From assembly GCA_045541975.1 (NCBI GenBank), contig JAZQKB010000015.1:27773-91772 (forward strand): DNA of 64,000 bases. The letters run 5' to 3'. The number at the start of each line of letters is the position of its first letter. Within the stretch, counting starts at the first letter, position 1. A model generated the notes under the pieces. That model did not search any database and was not told where the DNA came from. It saw only the letters and a list, made by a program, of their open reading frames with translations. This DNA is from Clostridia bacterium. Lineage in GTDB: Bacteria; Bacillota; Clostridia; UMGS1840. Shown piece by piece: positions 8,739-18,127 of this stretch. A program made the translations under genes and the position numbers.

Positions 8739-11357
8739 CTATCTGACAACAACACATACCCGCACATCCACGGAATAAGGTCTTAACAGGAATAAGGATT
8801 CATTTTCCTGATTGGGAACAATATCATTAAAAGATCCCAAAGTGATTTTTTTAGCAGATGTATCAAAAAGGAACACCGGCGGTGCATTTCGTTTTCTGAC
8901 ATCAACCTGCATCACTTCTTCGCATGCCATTTCTAAAGTGTTGACCAAAATATTACGATTTCCGTCGATTACTTCATATTCAATGTTGCAAACAGAACCG
9001 AATATCTGCTCATTCACAGTGCTTCGATTTTTGTAAAACGGAGTGTCGGATAAATTGCTGATGGAGCAAATGAGCTGATAATTTGCCAATTTGCCGTCTA
9101 AACCTTTTGCAAAATAAATCAAATCACCAAATTTTAATCCGGCAAAGAAATGGTTGTTTCCTTCCAAATCTTCAATCAGATATTCTTCTTCTCCACTGTT
9201 GGAAACCAAAGAAAGTTTTAAGCACAATTCTCCGTTTTCGTCAGCAACAGTAACCGCCTTACTAACCATACCCACAGCGGGCGATGAAGAAATCGGATCA
9301 ATCACCGGTAATGCCTGATGATCCATTACTTCATAAAACACAATCGACTTTACTTTTTTGCTTTCGGCATCATAATCATAACCAAAGACGTCAAAGGTTC
9401 TGCTCGTCACTGTACCGTTAATTTCCAGCGGAACCAGGTAATCCTTGTCGGAAGCAACGATATTTTTGGGAACACAGAGCACCACGGTATCTTCATTGAT
9501 TCCAATGGGATAATTGGCATGATGTGCTCCGAAGGTTTTGTCATACACATTATACTTCATACCGTTGCCACCACCGGCAAATACCGGTGTTTGCAAAATT
9601 CGGATCTGACCTTCACTGTTTAAGGTATAGCGATATAAGCCGGCAGGAATCGAAGCTCCCTCAAATTTCACACCATCGATTTTCAGATTTGTGGCAACCT
9701 CCAGTACCTTGACCTCTTCGTTCTGACAAACAATACTGGGAATTAAATCCGTATCATCCAGGTTATCTTCATTTTTTCCGTATCGCATTTCAATAGCAGA
9801 GGAAAGAACCACCTTTACCTGCAGATTGGAATCCAATCCGGAAGGCTGATGACTTGCCAGGACATACGCATAAGAAGCAACTGATTCGTAAGCCTCTACT
9901 GCTGCAAGATAGCCTCTGTAGTCTAACCGAAAAACAGCTTCATCACCGGGAGCAATATCAAAAGAATCGCCTTCGTGGATTAAAATCAGCTGATCATTTA
10001 CCAAAACCTCATTACCGCTGATTTCGGAAATGGTTCCCTCGATAGTTTCGCCGGAAACAATCAACTGCAGCAAGGTGCCGTCTTCCGATGCAATTACGCT
10101 GATAATAGCATTTTTGGAAAGCTCGGAAACTGCAATTCTTTCACAGTTTTCATTATAAATTACCATACGAACAGTATCGCTGTCTGACTGGACAGGAACA
10201 TATTTTTTCCCGTTAATCCGACCGTTACCGGCAAGAACAATGGTAGTTCCCAGAACTTCTTCTACTTTCACGTTGTAATACTCTTCTAAAAACAGCACAT
10301 CTGCCGCTTTGTCACCATTATTGTCAATTGCGGTAATGCTTCCCTTCTGCACAGATAAGCCACCGGTGGGATATTGACTGAAAACTCGTCCGTTTTTCAC
10401 CACCGTACAGGAAGCATCCAACGCTAATTTTATTTCTCTGTCGCTGTCATTGGTATAATAAAGATAATCGGAATCAATATGTAGCAAATCCTCTGCCATA
10501 ACTTCCGTTACCAAATTTTTTTTGGTTTCACGAATCGAAATTAACTGACGGGTACCGTTATCTTTCTGCACCGCGTAAAATTGAACGGATTTTCCTAACA
10601 ATCCACGAAGATCAATTCCCTCGGTCTGATAACGGATACCATCAATTTCAATTTCGCTATCGCTAAAATCTGCATTTGCAGTGAATAAATAGGTGTCTGC
10701 ATTTGCAGTAACGATGCCGGTGTCTTCAAACAGTTTGCCATCCGGCTTGGTTTTCATCAAAAGTTCACGGAGGGTGTTGCCGTGTTTCTCAATTCTTCCG
10801 TCTCCCCAGGTTTCCAATAACTCAACATCCAATGCGTTATGCATCGCTTTCATAATATCATCCCGAGAGAAATTTTCGGTAGAAACACCGCTTAAGATCC
10901 CCAATTTTGACGCAATCATAATATACCCGTCCGGATATCCGCCTGCATCCTCTGCAGCTACACCGTATCCCAACACATTGACTATAATTTTAACTATATG
11001 ATAATATTCCACCGGACTGTCAGGAGCAAACTGCGTATCAGAGACTCCGTCAATAATGTTCATAGAATGCAGCAAGCAAATTTCATCTGCATACCAGGCA
11101 TCCGGATTCACATCCTCAAAGGGACAATTTAAATTTGTTTGCTCTGCAGCAGATTCATAATCCAATAAGCGAGTTACACAAGCTGCAAATTCCCCTCTGG
11201 TCATCGGATCATCGAGACGGTAGTCGCCGTTTCCGTCACCACGAATAATGTTTAAGGATACTAAATCATACAGATAGTTATTCTCCGTAGCACAGGTAGC
11301 CAAAGGAAACTGAAACAGCATCAGAAGAGCAATACAATATGCAATCAGTTTTTTCAT
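8739..11357 (-). CDS. Cell-wall protein with N-terminal SLH domains and a ~700-aa region of unknown function
   Basis: 872 aa. Signal peptide MKKLIAYCIALLMLFQFPLATCA. SLH-like segments include 'LNIIRGDGNGDYRLDDPMTRGEFAACVTRLL' and 'DVNPDAWYADEICLLHSMNIIDG..'. Its stop lies 10 nt before the next ATG, indicating an operon. Confidence 0.6.
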   Translation of the reverse strand: MKKLIAYCIALLMLFQFPLATCATENNYLYDLVSLNIIRGDGNGDYRLDDPMTRGEFAACVTRLLDYESAAEQTNLNCPFEDVNPDAWYADEICLLHSMNIIDGVSDTQFAPDSPVEYYHIVKIIVNVLGYGVAAEDAGGYPDGYIMIASKLGILSGVSTENFSRDDIMKAMHNALDVELLETWGDGRIEKHGNTLRELLMKTKPDGKLFEDTGIVTANADTYLFTANADFSDSEIEIDGIRYQTEGIDLRGLLGKSVQFYAVQKDNGTRQLISIRETKKNLVTEVMAEDLLHIDSDYLYYTNDSDREIKLALDASCTVVKNGRVFSQYPTGGLSVQKGSITAIDNNGDKAADVLFLEEYYNVKVEEVLGTTIVLAGNGRINGKKYVPVQSDSDTVRMVIYNENCERIAVSELSKNAIISVIASEDGTLLQLIVSGETIEGTISEISGNEVLVNDQLILIHEGDSFDIAPGDEAVFRLDYRGYLAAVEAYESVASYAYVLASHQPSGLDSNLQVKVVLSSAIEMRYGKNEDNLDDTDLIPSIVCQNEEVKVLEVATNLKIDGVKFEGASIPAGLYRYTLNSEGQIRILQTPVFAGGGNGMKYNVYDKTFGAHHANYPIGINEDTVVLCVPKNIVASDKDYLVPLEINGTVTSRTFDVFGYDYDAESKKVKSIVFYEVMDHQALPVIDPISSSPAVGMVSKAVTVADENGELCLKLSLVSNSGEEEYLIEDLEGNNHFFAGLKFGDLIYFAKGLDGKLANYQLICSISNLSDTPFYKNRSTVNEQIFGSVCNIEYEVIDGNRNILVNTLEMACEEVMQVDVRKRNAPPVFLFDTSAKKITLGSFNDIVPNQENESLFLLRPYSVDVRVCVVVR

Positions 11358-14300
11358 AAGGCACCTCCTTTGGACATTAATCGGAATATTACAACCATTG
11401 CCTGTTCACGGTTCAACAGTTCTGCAGGTTTGAACTCGCCGGTTTCAAAGCCTGTCAGAATTCCGTTTCTTGCAGATTCCATAACGCTTTCATAAGCCCA
11501 GGAGCTGATGCTGGATTCATCTGAAAAACGATTCTGTGTATGATTTGCAGAAGGAATATTGAATGCATTCTTCATCATTCTGAAAATTACAGTTGCCATT
11601 TCTTCTCGGGTCATAGCATCATTGGGACGAAATGCCCCATCTGCGCCTTGCATAATACCACGGTCAATCAGAATCTGCAATTCGCCTGCAAACCAATCTG
11701 TGGATGCAATATCGGAATATCCGCCACGATAAGAATTGCTCTTCCAGCCCATACCGCGAACAATCATGGCGCCGAATTCAGCTCTGGTGACAGTTTGTTT
11801 TAACTGAAGAACCCCATCAGAACCTTTTACGATTTCTTTTTCCACTAATACAGAAATCTCTTTTTCTCCCCAATGCCCTTCCAACTCTGCAAGAAGAGCT
11901 GCTTTATCGTCATTGGGAGTTACAACCGGAGGCGCTGCCACATAGGCTCCCCCGCCACCGCCAACACTTTCGAACTCCTGAACAGGTAAGTTATATCCTC
12001 TTACCACTCTTTGGTAGGTCACTTGTTCAGAAGAGGAACCAATGGTATAAGTAGCAGTTAAAACAACCGATGTATCTCTGGCAGGTTTCTGAATAATGGT
12101 AATTCCGTTTTGTACTTTAATCACATTTTCGTTGGAGGATTGCCACGTAATCGTAGCTCCTCCAACTGCTGATACAGGAAGGGAATCAGACTCGGTAATA
12201 ATCTCCGGAATACTGATGGAGTTAATCGCAGCCTGCAAGGCATTATTATTGCTTCCTGATGCATAAACAGACAGCGTTGCAATTCCGGACGGAGTAGAAG
12301 ATACTCCTGATACAAGCAATTCGATATAGCGGGCAGATTTAGCGCTGAACTGAACTGTTTTTTCAGAACCGATTGCAGTGCCGGTATATACAGTATGCCA
12401 ATTCACCTGATCTGCGCTCACTCGCAAAGAAAATTGATTGATATGATTGTATCCTGCAAGTTCACAAAGTTTAATTTTGTCAACAGATTTGATTTCGCCC
12501 AAATCTACTGAAAGTTTATAAGAACTGCCGATATCGGTTAAAAATGCGGTATTGTTTTCACCATCCGTTGCTTTGGAAGCATCATGGGATACGTCCAGAG
12601 CTGCGATGCTGGAAACAGTACTTTTTAAGTATGCCAGATCATCAGTATCCACCGGCGGAACTTCTCCGGCATAGACTTCAAATTCATATAAATTGATATT
12701 TTGTGCAAGATCAGAAACAATTTTTACATATCTTGCTTCAAAGTTTCCGGAAAATTCCTTTTTATAAGGAGCAGACGCACTTTCGGTTACCACCGTGTTA
12801 CCGATAGGTTCCCAGGTGACTCCTTCTAATGAACCGAAAACAGCATACACCGCATCCTGTGTATCGTCATAAACGGTCACATTGCCGATATTTTTTGCAG
12901 AACCTAAATCCACAGATACCCACGGATTTTCTGTTCCATTATACAGTGCATGCCATCTGGTTGTCTTATTCAAATCAAAAAGATTGGAAATTCTGGTTGC
13001 GGCACTGGCATAGCTGCCGATGCCCACTTTGTTGTATGCCAGATTGTCCGTTACAACAGCGGCAGGTGCGTAATTTCCCCACACCTGGAAATGTCTGACA
13101 CTGACATTGGCTGCGGTGCTGTAAACACCTTTCACAAATCTTGCGCGATCCGGTTCAAATGACAGTTCGTGCAAATAAACGGTTCCGCCCAATGATCCGG
13201 TGTCTGTCAAGGTAACGGCTTCCACATAGGCGGTGTTGCCGATTTCATTCCAGTCTCTGCCGTTAATGGAAGTATATATAGTAAAGTAGTTTGTTTGACT
13301 GCTTTCATATACGCATACTTTAGAAATCAGCGCCTCTCCGTCCAAGGTGAGTGTAACCACGGGTGCTTCCCCATAAGGACGGTATGCTTTGATGGGGTTG
13401 GAGGGATCTGTGTTTCCTGCCGAGGTGAAAGCCGTGCTGTTTTTATTATCAATGGCATTTCCAACCGGCGAAGAAGTGTAAGCACCGTTGCTGACAATGG
13501 TACCCGCTAAGGCAAGGTTCACGGGGTCGGTGTTCTCTATCACTTCTTTTAAGGTGATGCTATAGTACAGTTTTTCTGTGCCGATGACAGGAGTAAGCTC
13601 CAGGAACATACTGTCATCTACCAGAATATCGTTATCCACAGCAGTAACTTTATCATAAGCTACTAACCGGGAGGAAGCTGCATTTTCAACCACTAAAGCA
13701 GCCATCAATCCGCCTGCATCAATTCCGTCGGGGATATCTTTTAAGATTTTAGCCACGGCATCAATCGATGCTCCTGCCAGATTGATTTGCGTAACAGCGG
13801 GTACAGGTACAGCATTTACCACCAGGGAATAATACACCTGATTGTTAACAACATCTGTTAACTCTACCAGCATCGTGCTGTCTAAATAGGAATCCGCCTC
13901 TGGAACAGTTACAAAATCAGCATTGACCACTCTGAAAGAAATTGCATCCTGAATGGTAATAGCAGCTTCTAAGGCTGCAACTGTGGTATCCCAGGGAATT
14001 GCGGACAATTTGTTTTCTTCGGTGTCAATCTGAACTCCTGCAATGGAAACTGCACTGATTTCAGGGCCCGGAGGTTCCGTCAAGTCAAAAGAATAGTATA
14101 CCTTATCTCCATCGGCAGAAGTTAATTCCAAAAACATCGTTTCATCCAAAACTGTGGAAGCAGAAATAGCAGTATCCTTGGCTTCATTTACCACTGCAAC
14201 CGAGTTCGTAACACTGTTAACACTGATAGCCCCAAGTAAAGCTTCCACTGTAGTATCAAAGGGAATACTTTGTATTTCGGTACCGTTAACCGAAGCGCTT

Positions 14301-15319
14301 TCCAGTCCGTTAATGGCTGTTATCGCAGGAAGAATTTTTGAAAAACCGGAAATTTCACGGACAACCACACTATCGGTACGGTTGTTAGCGGTATCTTTTA
14401 AGGTGTATACCACTACTTGAATTTTGGCAATTTTTTTGCCTGCATCAGAACCAATCAAGGTAGCATCCCCAGTTACATTGATTAAATGGATTCTGTTATA
14501 AGAATCGTTTGCCATCTGTGCTTTCGTCTTGAAAGATGCAGTATGATTTGCCCAAGGTTTGTATTGGGTTTCCCCTTCATACACTACATTGACGGCAACA
14601 CAAGGAATCGCATAGTAAACATTTCCGGCTCCGGTTTCCACTAAAATGTTGTTTAAAAATACAGGTGCCTGCAGAGTATATTCCGACACCCAAAGCTTGT
14701 TGTCACCACTTGCGTGGTAGGAATAGCCACCTTCGGTTACGTTGTTTCCTGTTGCAATATGGGTATAAAAGTCTGCGTTATTGGAGTTGTTAACTTTTGC
14801 TGCCCAGGCTGCGGATTCCGCTGTCCCGGCGGTTCCCAAAACCAGCTGGGTTGCTGTACTGGAATTCCCGTATTTTGTGAGTACATGGGTTGCAGGGGAT
14901 GCAGAATAGGAAGACAGAATATTCCCCACTGCGACACAGTCACCGGACCATACGGTTGTGCCATTATAGGTAGCTTTTACCTTAATGATATAACCGATAT
15001 CCGATTCTCCAATGGTATAGGTTTTTCCGGTAGCTCCGGAAATGGCAAGATATCTGCTATCGTTGGCAGAAGCATTGCTGTGACTTTTCGTTTCAATTGC
15101 GGTTTTCACCCATTGATAAGTTACAACCTCTGTTCCGTCGGCTGTTCCGGTAAAGACCGGAAGGGCTTCCAGGGTGTCTCCCACATTCAAGCCATCTGAT
15201 TTATCAATATCTACATAAGAAATTCCGGTTGCAGCTGCACAGACCGCCAGCATGTTGCATGACAGGATTGACAGTACTATCATCATTGCAGTTGCAAGAC
15301 TCACTAACTTTCTTATCAT
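11354..15319 (-). CDS. S-layer-anchored multidomain binding protein (third copy of the YQW/jelly-roll module, 3 x F5/8 type C, three C-terminal SLH)
   Basis: The likely start is MIRKLVSLATAMMIVLSILS (ATG 15319, GGAGGAA upstream). Discoidin motifs seen: 'GNAIDNKNSTAFTS', 'NLFDLNKTTRWHA', 'KATDGENNTAFLT'. 'ATITWQSSNENVIKV' looks Ig-like. SLH repeats: GHWGEKEISVLVEKEIVKG.., YSDIASTDWFAGEL.., FSDESSISSWAYESV... An ATGA stop/start overlap with the next gene lies at 11354..11357. Confidence 0.65.
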   Translation of the reverse strand: MIRKLVSLATAMMIVLSILSCNMLAVCAAATGISYVDIDKSDGLNVGDTLEALPVFTGTADGTEVVTYQWVKTAIETKSHSNASANDSRYLAISGATGKTYTIGESDIGYIIKVKATYNGTTVWSGDCVAVGNILSSYSASPATHVLTKYGNSSTATQLVLGTAGTAESAAWAAKVNNSNNADFYTHIATGNNVTEGGYSYHASGDNKLWVSEYTLQAPVFLNNILVETGAGNVYYAIPCVAVNVVYEGETQYKPWANHTASFKTKAQMANDSYNRIHLINVTGDATLIGSDAGKKIAKIQVVVYTLKDTANNRTDSVVVREISGFSKILPAITAINGLESASVNGTEIQSIPFDTTVEALLGAISVNSVTNSVAVVNEAKDTAISASTVLDETMFLELTSADGDKVYYSFDLTEPPGPEISAVSIAGVQIDTEENKLSAIPWDTTVAALEAAITIQDAISFRVVNADFVTVPEADSYLDSTMLVELTDVVNNQVYYSLVVNAVPVPAVTQINLAGASIDAVAKILKDIPDGIDAGGLMAALVVENAASSRLVAYDKVTAVDNDILVDDSMFLELTPVIGTEKLYYSITLKEVIENTDPVNLALAGTIVSNGAYTSSPVGNAIDNKNSTAFTSAGNTDPSNPIKAYRPYGEAPVVTLTLDGEALISKVCVYESSQTNYFTIYTSINGRDWNEIGNTAYVEAVTLTDTGSLGGTVYLHELSFEPDRARFVKGVYSTAANVSVRHFQVWGNYAPAAVVTDNLAYNKVGIGSYASAATRISNLFDLNKTTRWHALYNGTENPWVSVDLGSAKNIGNVTVYDDTQDAVYAVFGSLEGVTWEPIGNTVVTESASAPYKKEFSGNFEARYVKIVSDLAQNINLYEFEVYAGEVPPVDTDDLAYLKSTVSSIAALDVSHDASKATDGENNTAFLTDIGSSYKLSVDLGEIKSVDKIKLCELAGYNHINQFSLRVSADQVNWHTVYTGTAIGSEKTVQFSAKSARYIELLVSGVSSTPSGIATLSVYASGSNNNALQAAINSISIPEIITESDSLPVSAVGGATITWQSSNENVIKVQNGITIIQKPARDTSVVLTATYTIGSSSEQVTYQRVVRGYNLPVQEFESVGGGGGAYVAAPPVVTPNDDKAALLAELEGHWGEKEISVLVEKEIVKGSDGVLQLKQTVTRAEFGAMIVRGMGWKSNSYRGGYSDIASTDWFAGELQILIDRGIMQGADGAFRPNDAMTREEMATVIFRMMKNAFNIPSANHTQNRFSDESSISSWAYESVMESARNGILTGFETGEFKPAELLNREQAMVVIFRLMSKGGAL

Positions 15320-15388
15320 CTTTTTTTCCTCCACTGATATATTCAAGAATTTACATCACTCGTTCTTCGTACAGAAGAATCTATCGTT

Positions 15389-18037
15389 TTAAAGCACATA
15401 GGTGGTTCCGCCACGAAGAGAAAGCGTGTATGTCTGATTTACAGTTTCTAATATACAAGGCTTTTCAGCAATTTCATTCCCTAACCAGGTTCTTGAATAT
15501 ATGCTGACTTCCATACGGTCACCGTTTTCACCGTACTGGGTTTCATCGTATTCATATAAGCCTAAATCCGGATTACAGATGTGAATAGAACCATCGGCTC
15601 CAATCATCAGTAATACCGGAAGGTCAACCGATAAAATCTGCCCAAATCCGCCAAATTTTTCCGGTTGGTAAATCGCCATAAAGGTAATGCCGTCAATGAT
15701 TGCAATATGAGCAACATCATCTTGTTTGATAATTTGGTATTGTTTACATCTGGCGCCGTGTAAGCCTATGGCGTACTCATAGGTAGCATTCTTCGGACTG
15801 ATGCCGTGCAAGATGCCTGCACGCTTGAAAACGCCTTGGGTGGGGCCGGTGCCTGTGGCGCTTTCGCTCTGCTGTAAGCCGGTGGTTACATAAGTCTCCT
15901 GACCGTCTTTTACATAATAAATGTTTCCCGATATATCGGTAAAATCGTTTGGATATTCCCGTCCGTCGGTGGCATTCTGAAACAGGGTCGTCTCCGTTGG
16001 ATAGGGACTGTTATTTGTAATGTTGGATCCAATCTGCAACACAAAATCATCCACAAAAAAGGTGCTTTTGATTGCAAAATGGGAGCCGTTATATTTGGGA
16101 TGCTCCGTTAAAATCATAGAAAACATCCCGTTGGTTCCGTCGCTGACACCGCCGGCAAATGCCTGATCAGAAAGCAACATTTCTTCATAGCCGCTGTCTT
16201 TATCAACATGACGGATGTTCTGTTTAAATTCTGACATAGGGGGCACGATTGCGGTAGTTCCGCTAAAACGTCTGAAATCGAATCCTTCGTGGACATATCC
16301 GCTTTCTTTTAAGCTGTTGCCCAGAATTTCCAGGGTTCCGTATGAGCTGTACCGCCCATACAGATTACACATGGAATAGGATTCATTGCCCCATAAGTAT
16401 TTAGAAAACCCTTTCACTAAAACCAGTTGAGAGTCTCTGCGGTGCAACATAGCACACGCCAGATTCATCGCAACATTGCCGGACAGATGCTCTGAAATGG
16501 GTTCATCCTGATAGTATTTTGCAGCCCTTGCAAAATATTTGAACGGAATCTGACTAACACCCCAGATTCCTTCCACATTTCTGCCGGAAAATGCAATTGG
16601 AATATCGTGGTTTTCGCCGGTTGCACAGGAAAACCGTAATTTATGCAATACATTTTTTGTGTGTTCCCAGGATTCTTTGGAAACCGCATAAGGAGTATCG
16701 GAAAGTGCCCAGATAATGGGAAGCACACCTGCCAGGGCAGGCATTCCGTAACCAAGATAATGACCGCAATGATGGAAAATGCTGCCGTCTTCTTTATAAA
16801 TTCCCAATAATCCGGGAGAATACTGCATATTCCGGTCCAGCCAGTCCTTCAGCGCGAAAAACCAGCGGGAACGCTCGGATGGATCCTCGGTATAGAGTGC
16901 AACTGCAACAAAGCCAATTGCCATATTATTAAAATCGTCTGCCGTGGAATACCAATGTTCCTGCCCTTCATAGACACCAAGCCGTTCCATATCGCAGAAC
17001 CATTCGCAAAGGTTTCTGACCTCTTCTTTGAGGCCGTATGCACCCAGCTCGTCTGTCATCAGCACAAAAGACCGATACAACGGGCGCAGAGAATAGTCGA
17101 TAGCATGGCGGCTTGCAAGAATACTGCCCTCATACACTCCACTCTGCATCAGATAGGAAAGTAATGACACATAGGCATCCCGATACCAAATATCTTTGGT
17201 ATTCTGATATGCCACCGCTAAATTGAAGGAAAGATCGGTGCATTTACGAAGGGAAACAAAAGGTGTTCCCTGCAGCGGAGTATTCTTCCATATTCTGGTG
17301 AGAAAGGTTTCTTCCACCCTGACGCCCGTAAAAAATCCGTCACTTTCTTTTTGAATCTGTAACGATAGGAATTCCTCTCGGATAGCCTGCTCATTCACTG
17401 TTCCAAATTCTTCTAACAGGTAAGCACACAGGCGTTTTTTGATCTCATCGTCACAAAATGAAACAGGCTGAAAGGTGGATTTTAAAGAGCGATGTTTCCG
17501 GATTCCTTTTGATAAGTCCCAGGGTCTGGAACCTACCGAAACGAACCGTTCGTCCGGATAGTTGGAGCCCGGTAAGTAAGGCAGCTGATAACTGGGTGAA
17601 ACATGTCTTAAATCCAGATAATTTGTCATCATTTCATCCCAAAACAGCTCCCCGTCACAATGGGCAGTAATCACAATGCGGTTCATTTTCCGGCTGAAGA
17701 ATCCTTTCATCTGGGAAAACAGAATTTTTATGTATCTCCAGCCGGTAAAACCGGCGAAAACATCAAATTCGCAACACAGCTTTTCATCCTCGAAAAAACT
17801 GATATTGAGTTTGCCGTCAAATTTTTTTTTTGCTCCTATGTAGCATGCAAATGCAAGTTCCTCCTGAAAATCCGCCTGAAACTGTTCGGGCACATAGATA
17901 CCATCGTTTTGTATCACAAGCTGCTCACCCGAATGAAAGCTCCATTTCAGGGTAGACATTCCACTTTTGGAAAATTCATTGGTGCAAGACACATTGGTGC
18001 CGCACACATTATTTTTGATAGAAAAATCAACAATCAT
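15389..18037 (-). CDS. PL8-family chondroitinase ABC-like polysaccharide lyase with no signal peptide
   Basis: 882 aa. Several motifs match my recollection of Proteus chondroitinase ABC I: 'FDVFAGFTGWRYIKILF' (cf. FKVKLDFTGWRAVGVSL); 'DGSIFHHCGHYLGYGMPA' (cf. DGTAWRHEGNYPGYSFPA, the His/Tyr catalytic pair); 'FSGRN'; 'LYGRYSSYGT' (cf. RYGRYQSHG); 'TTLFQNAT'; 'ATYEYAIGL'. The N-terminus MIVDFSIKNNVCGT is not hydrophobic. Confidence 0.75.
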   Translation of the reverse strand: MIVDFSIKNNVCGTNVSCTNEFSKSGMSTLKWSFHSGEQLVIQNDGIYVPEQFQADFQEELAFACYIGAKKKFDGKLNISFFEDEKLCCEFDVFAGFTGWRYIKILFSQMKGFFSRKMNRIVITAHCDGELFWDEMMTNYLDLRHVSPSYQLPYLPGSNYPDERFVSVGSRPWDLSKGIRKHRSLKSTFQPVSFCDDEIKKRLCAYLLEEFGTVNEQAIREEFLSLQIQKESDGFFTGVRVEETFLTRIWKNTPLQGTPFVSLRKCTDLSFNLAVAYQNTKDIWYRDAYVSLLSYLMQSGVYEGSILASRHAIDYSLRPLYRSFVLMTDELGAYGLKEEVRNLCEWFCDMERLGVYEGQEHWYSTADDFNNMAIGFVAVALYTEDPSERSRWFFALKDWLDRNMQYSPGLLGIYKEDGSIFHHCGHYLGYGMPALAGVLPIIWALSDTPYAVSKESWEHTKNVLHKLRFSCATGENHDIPIAFSGRNVEGIWGVSQIPFKYFARAAKYYQDEPISEHLSGNVAMNLACAMLHRRDSQLVLVKGFSKYLWGNESYSMCNLYGRYSSYGTLEILGNSLKESGYVHEGFDFRRFSGTTAIVPPMSEFKQNIRHVDKDSGYEEMLLSDQAFAGGVSDGTNGMFSMILTEHPKYNGSHFAIKSTFFVDDFVLQIGSNITNNSPYPTETTLFQNATDGREYPNDFTDISGNIYYVKDGQETYVTTGLQQSESATGTGPTQGVFKRAGILHGISPKNATYEYAIGLHGARCKQYQIIKQDDVAHIAIIDGITFMAIYQPEKFGGFGQILSVDLPVLLMIGADGSIHICNPDLGLYEYDETQYGENGDRMEVSIYSRTWLGNEIAEKPCILETVNQTYTLSLRGGTTYVL

Positions 18038-18127
18038 TTTCCAAAGCTCCTATCTATAATATCAACCCACCATCGATGGATTTAGAACTGGCACGGCTAT
18101 TTTGCATATCCTGACCACATAAACTTC

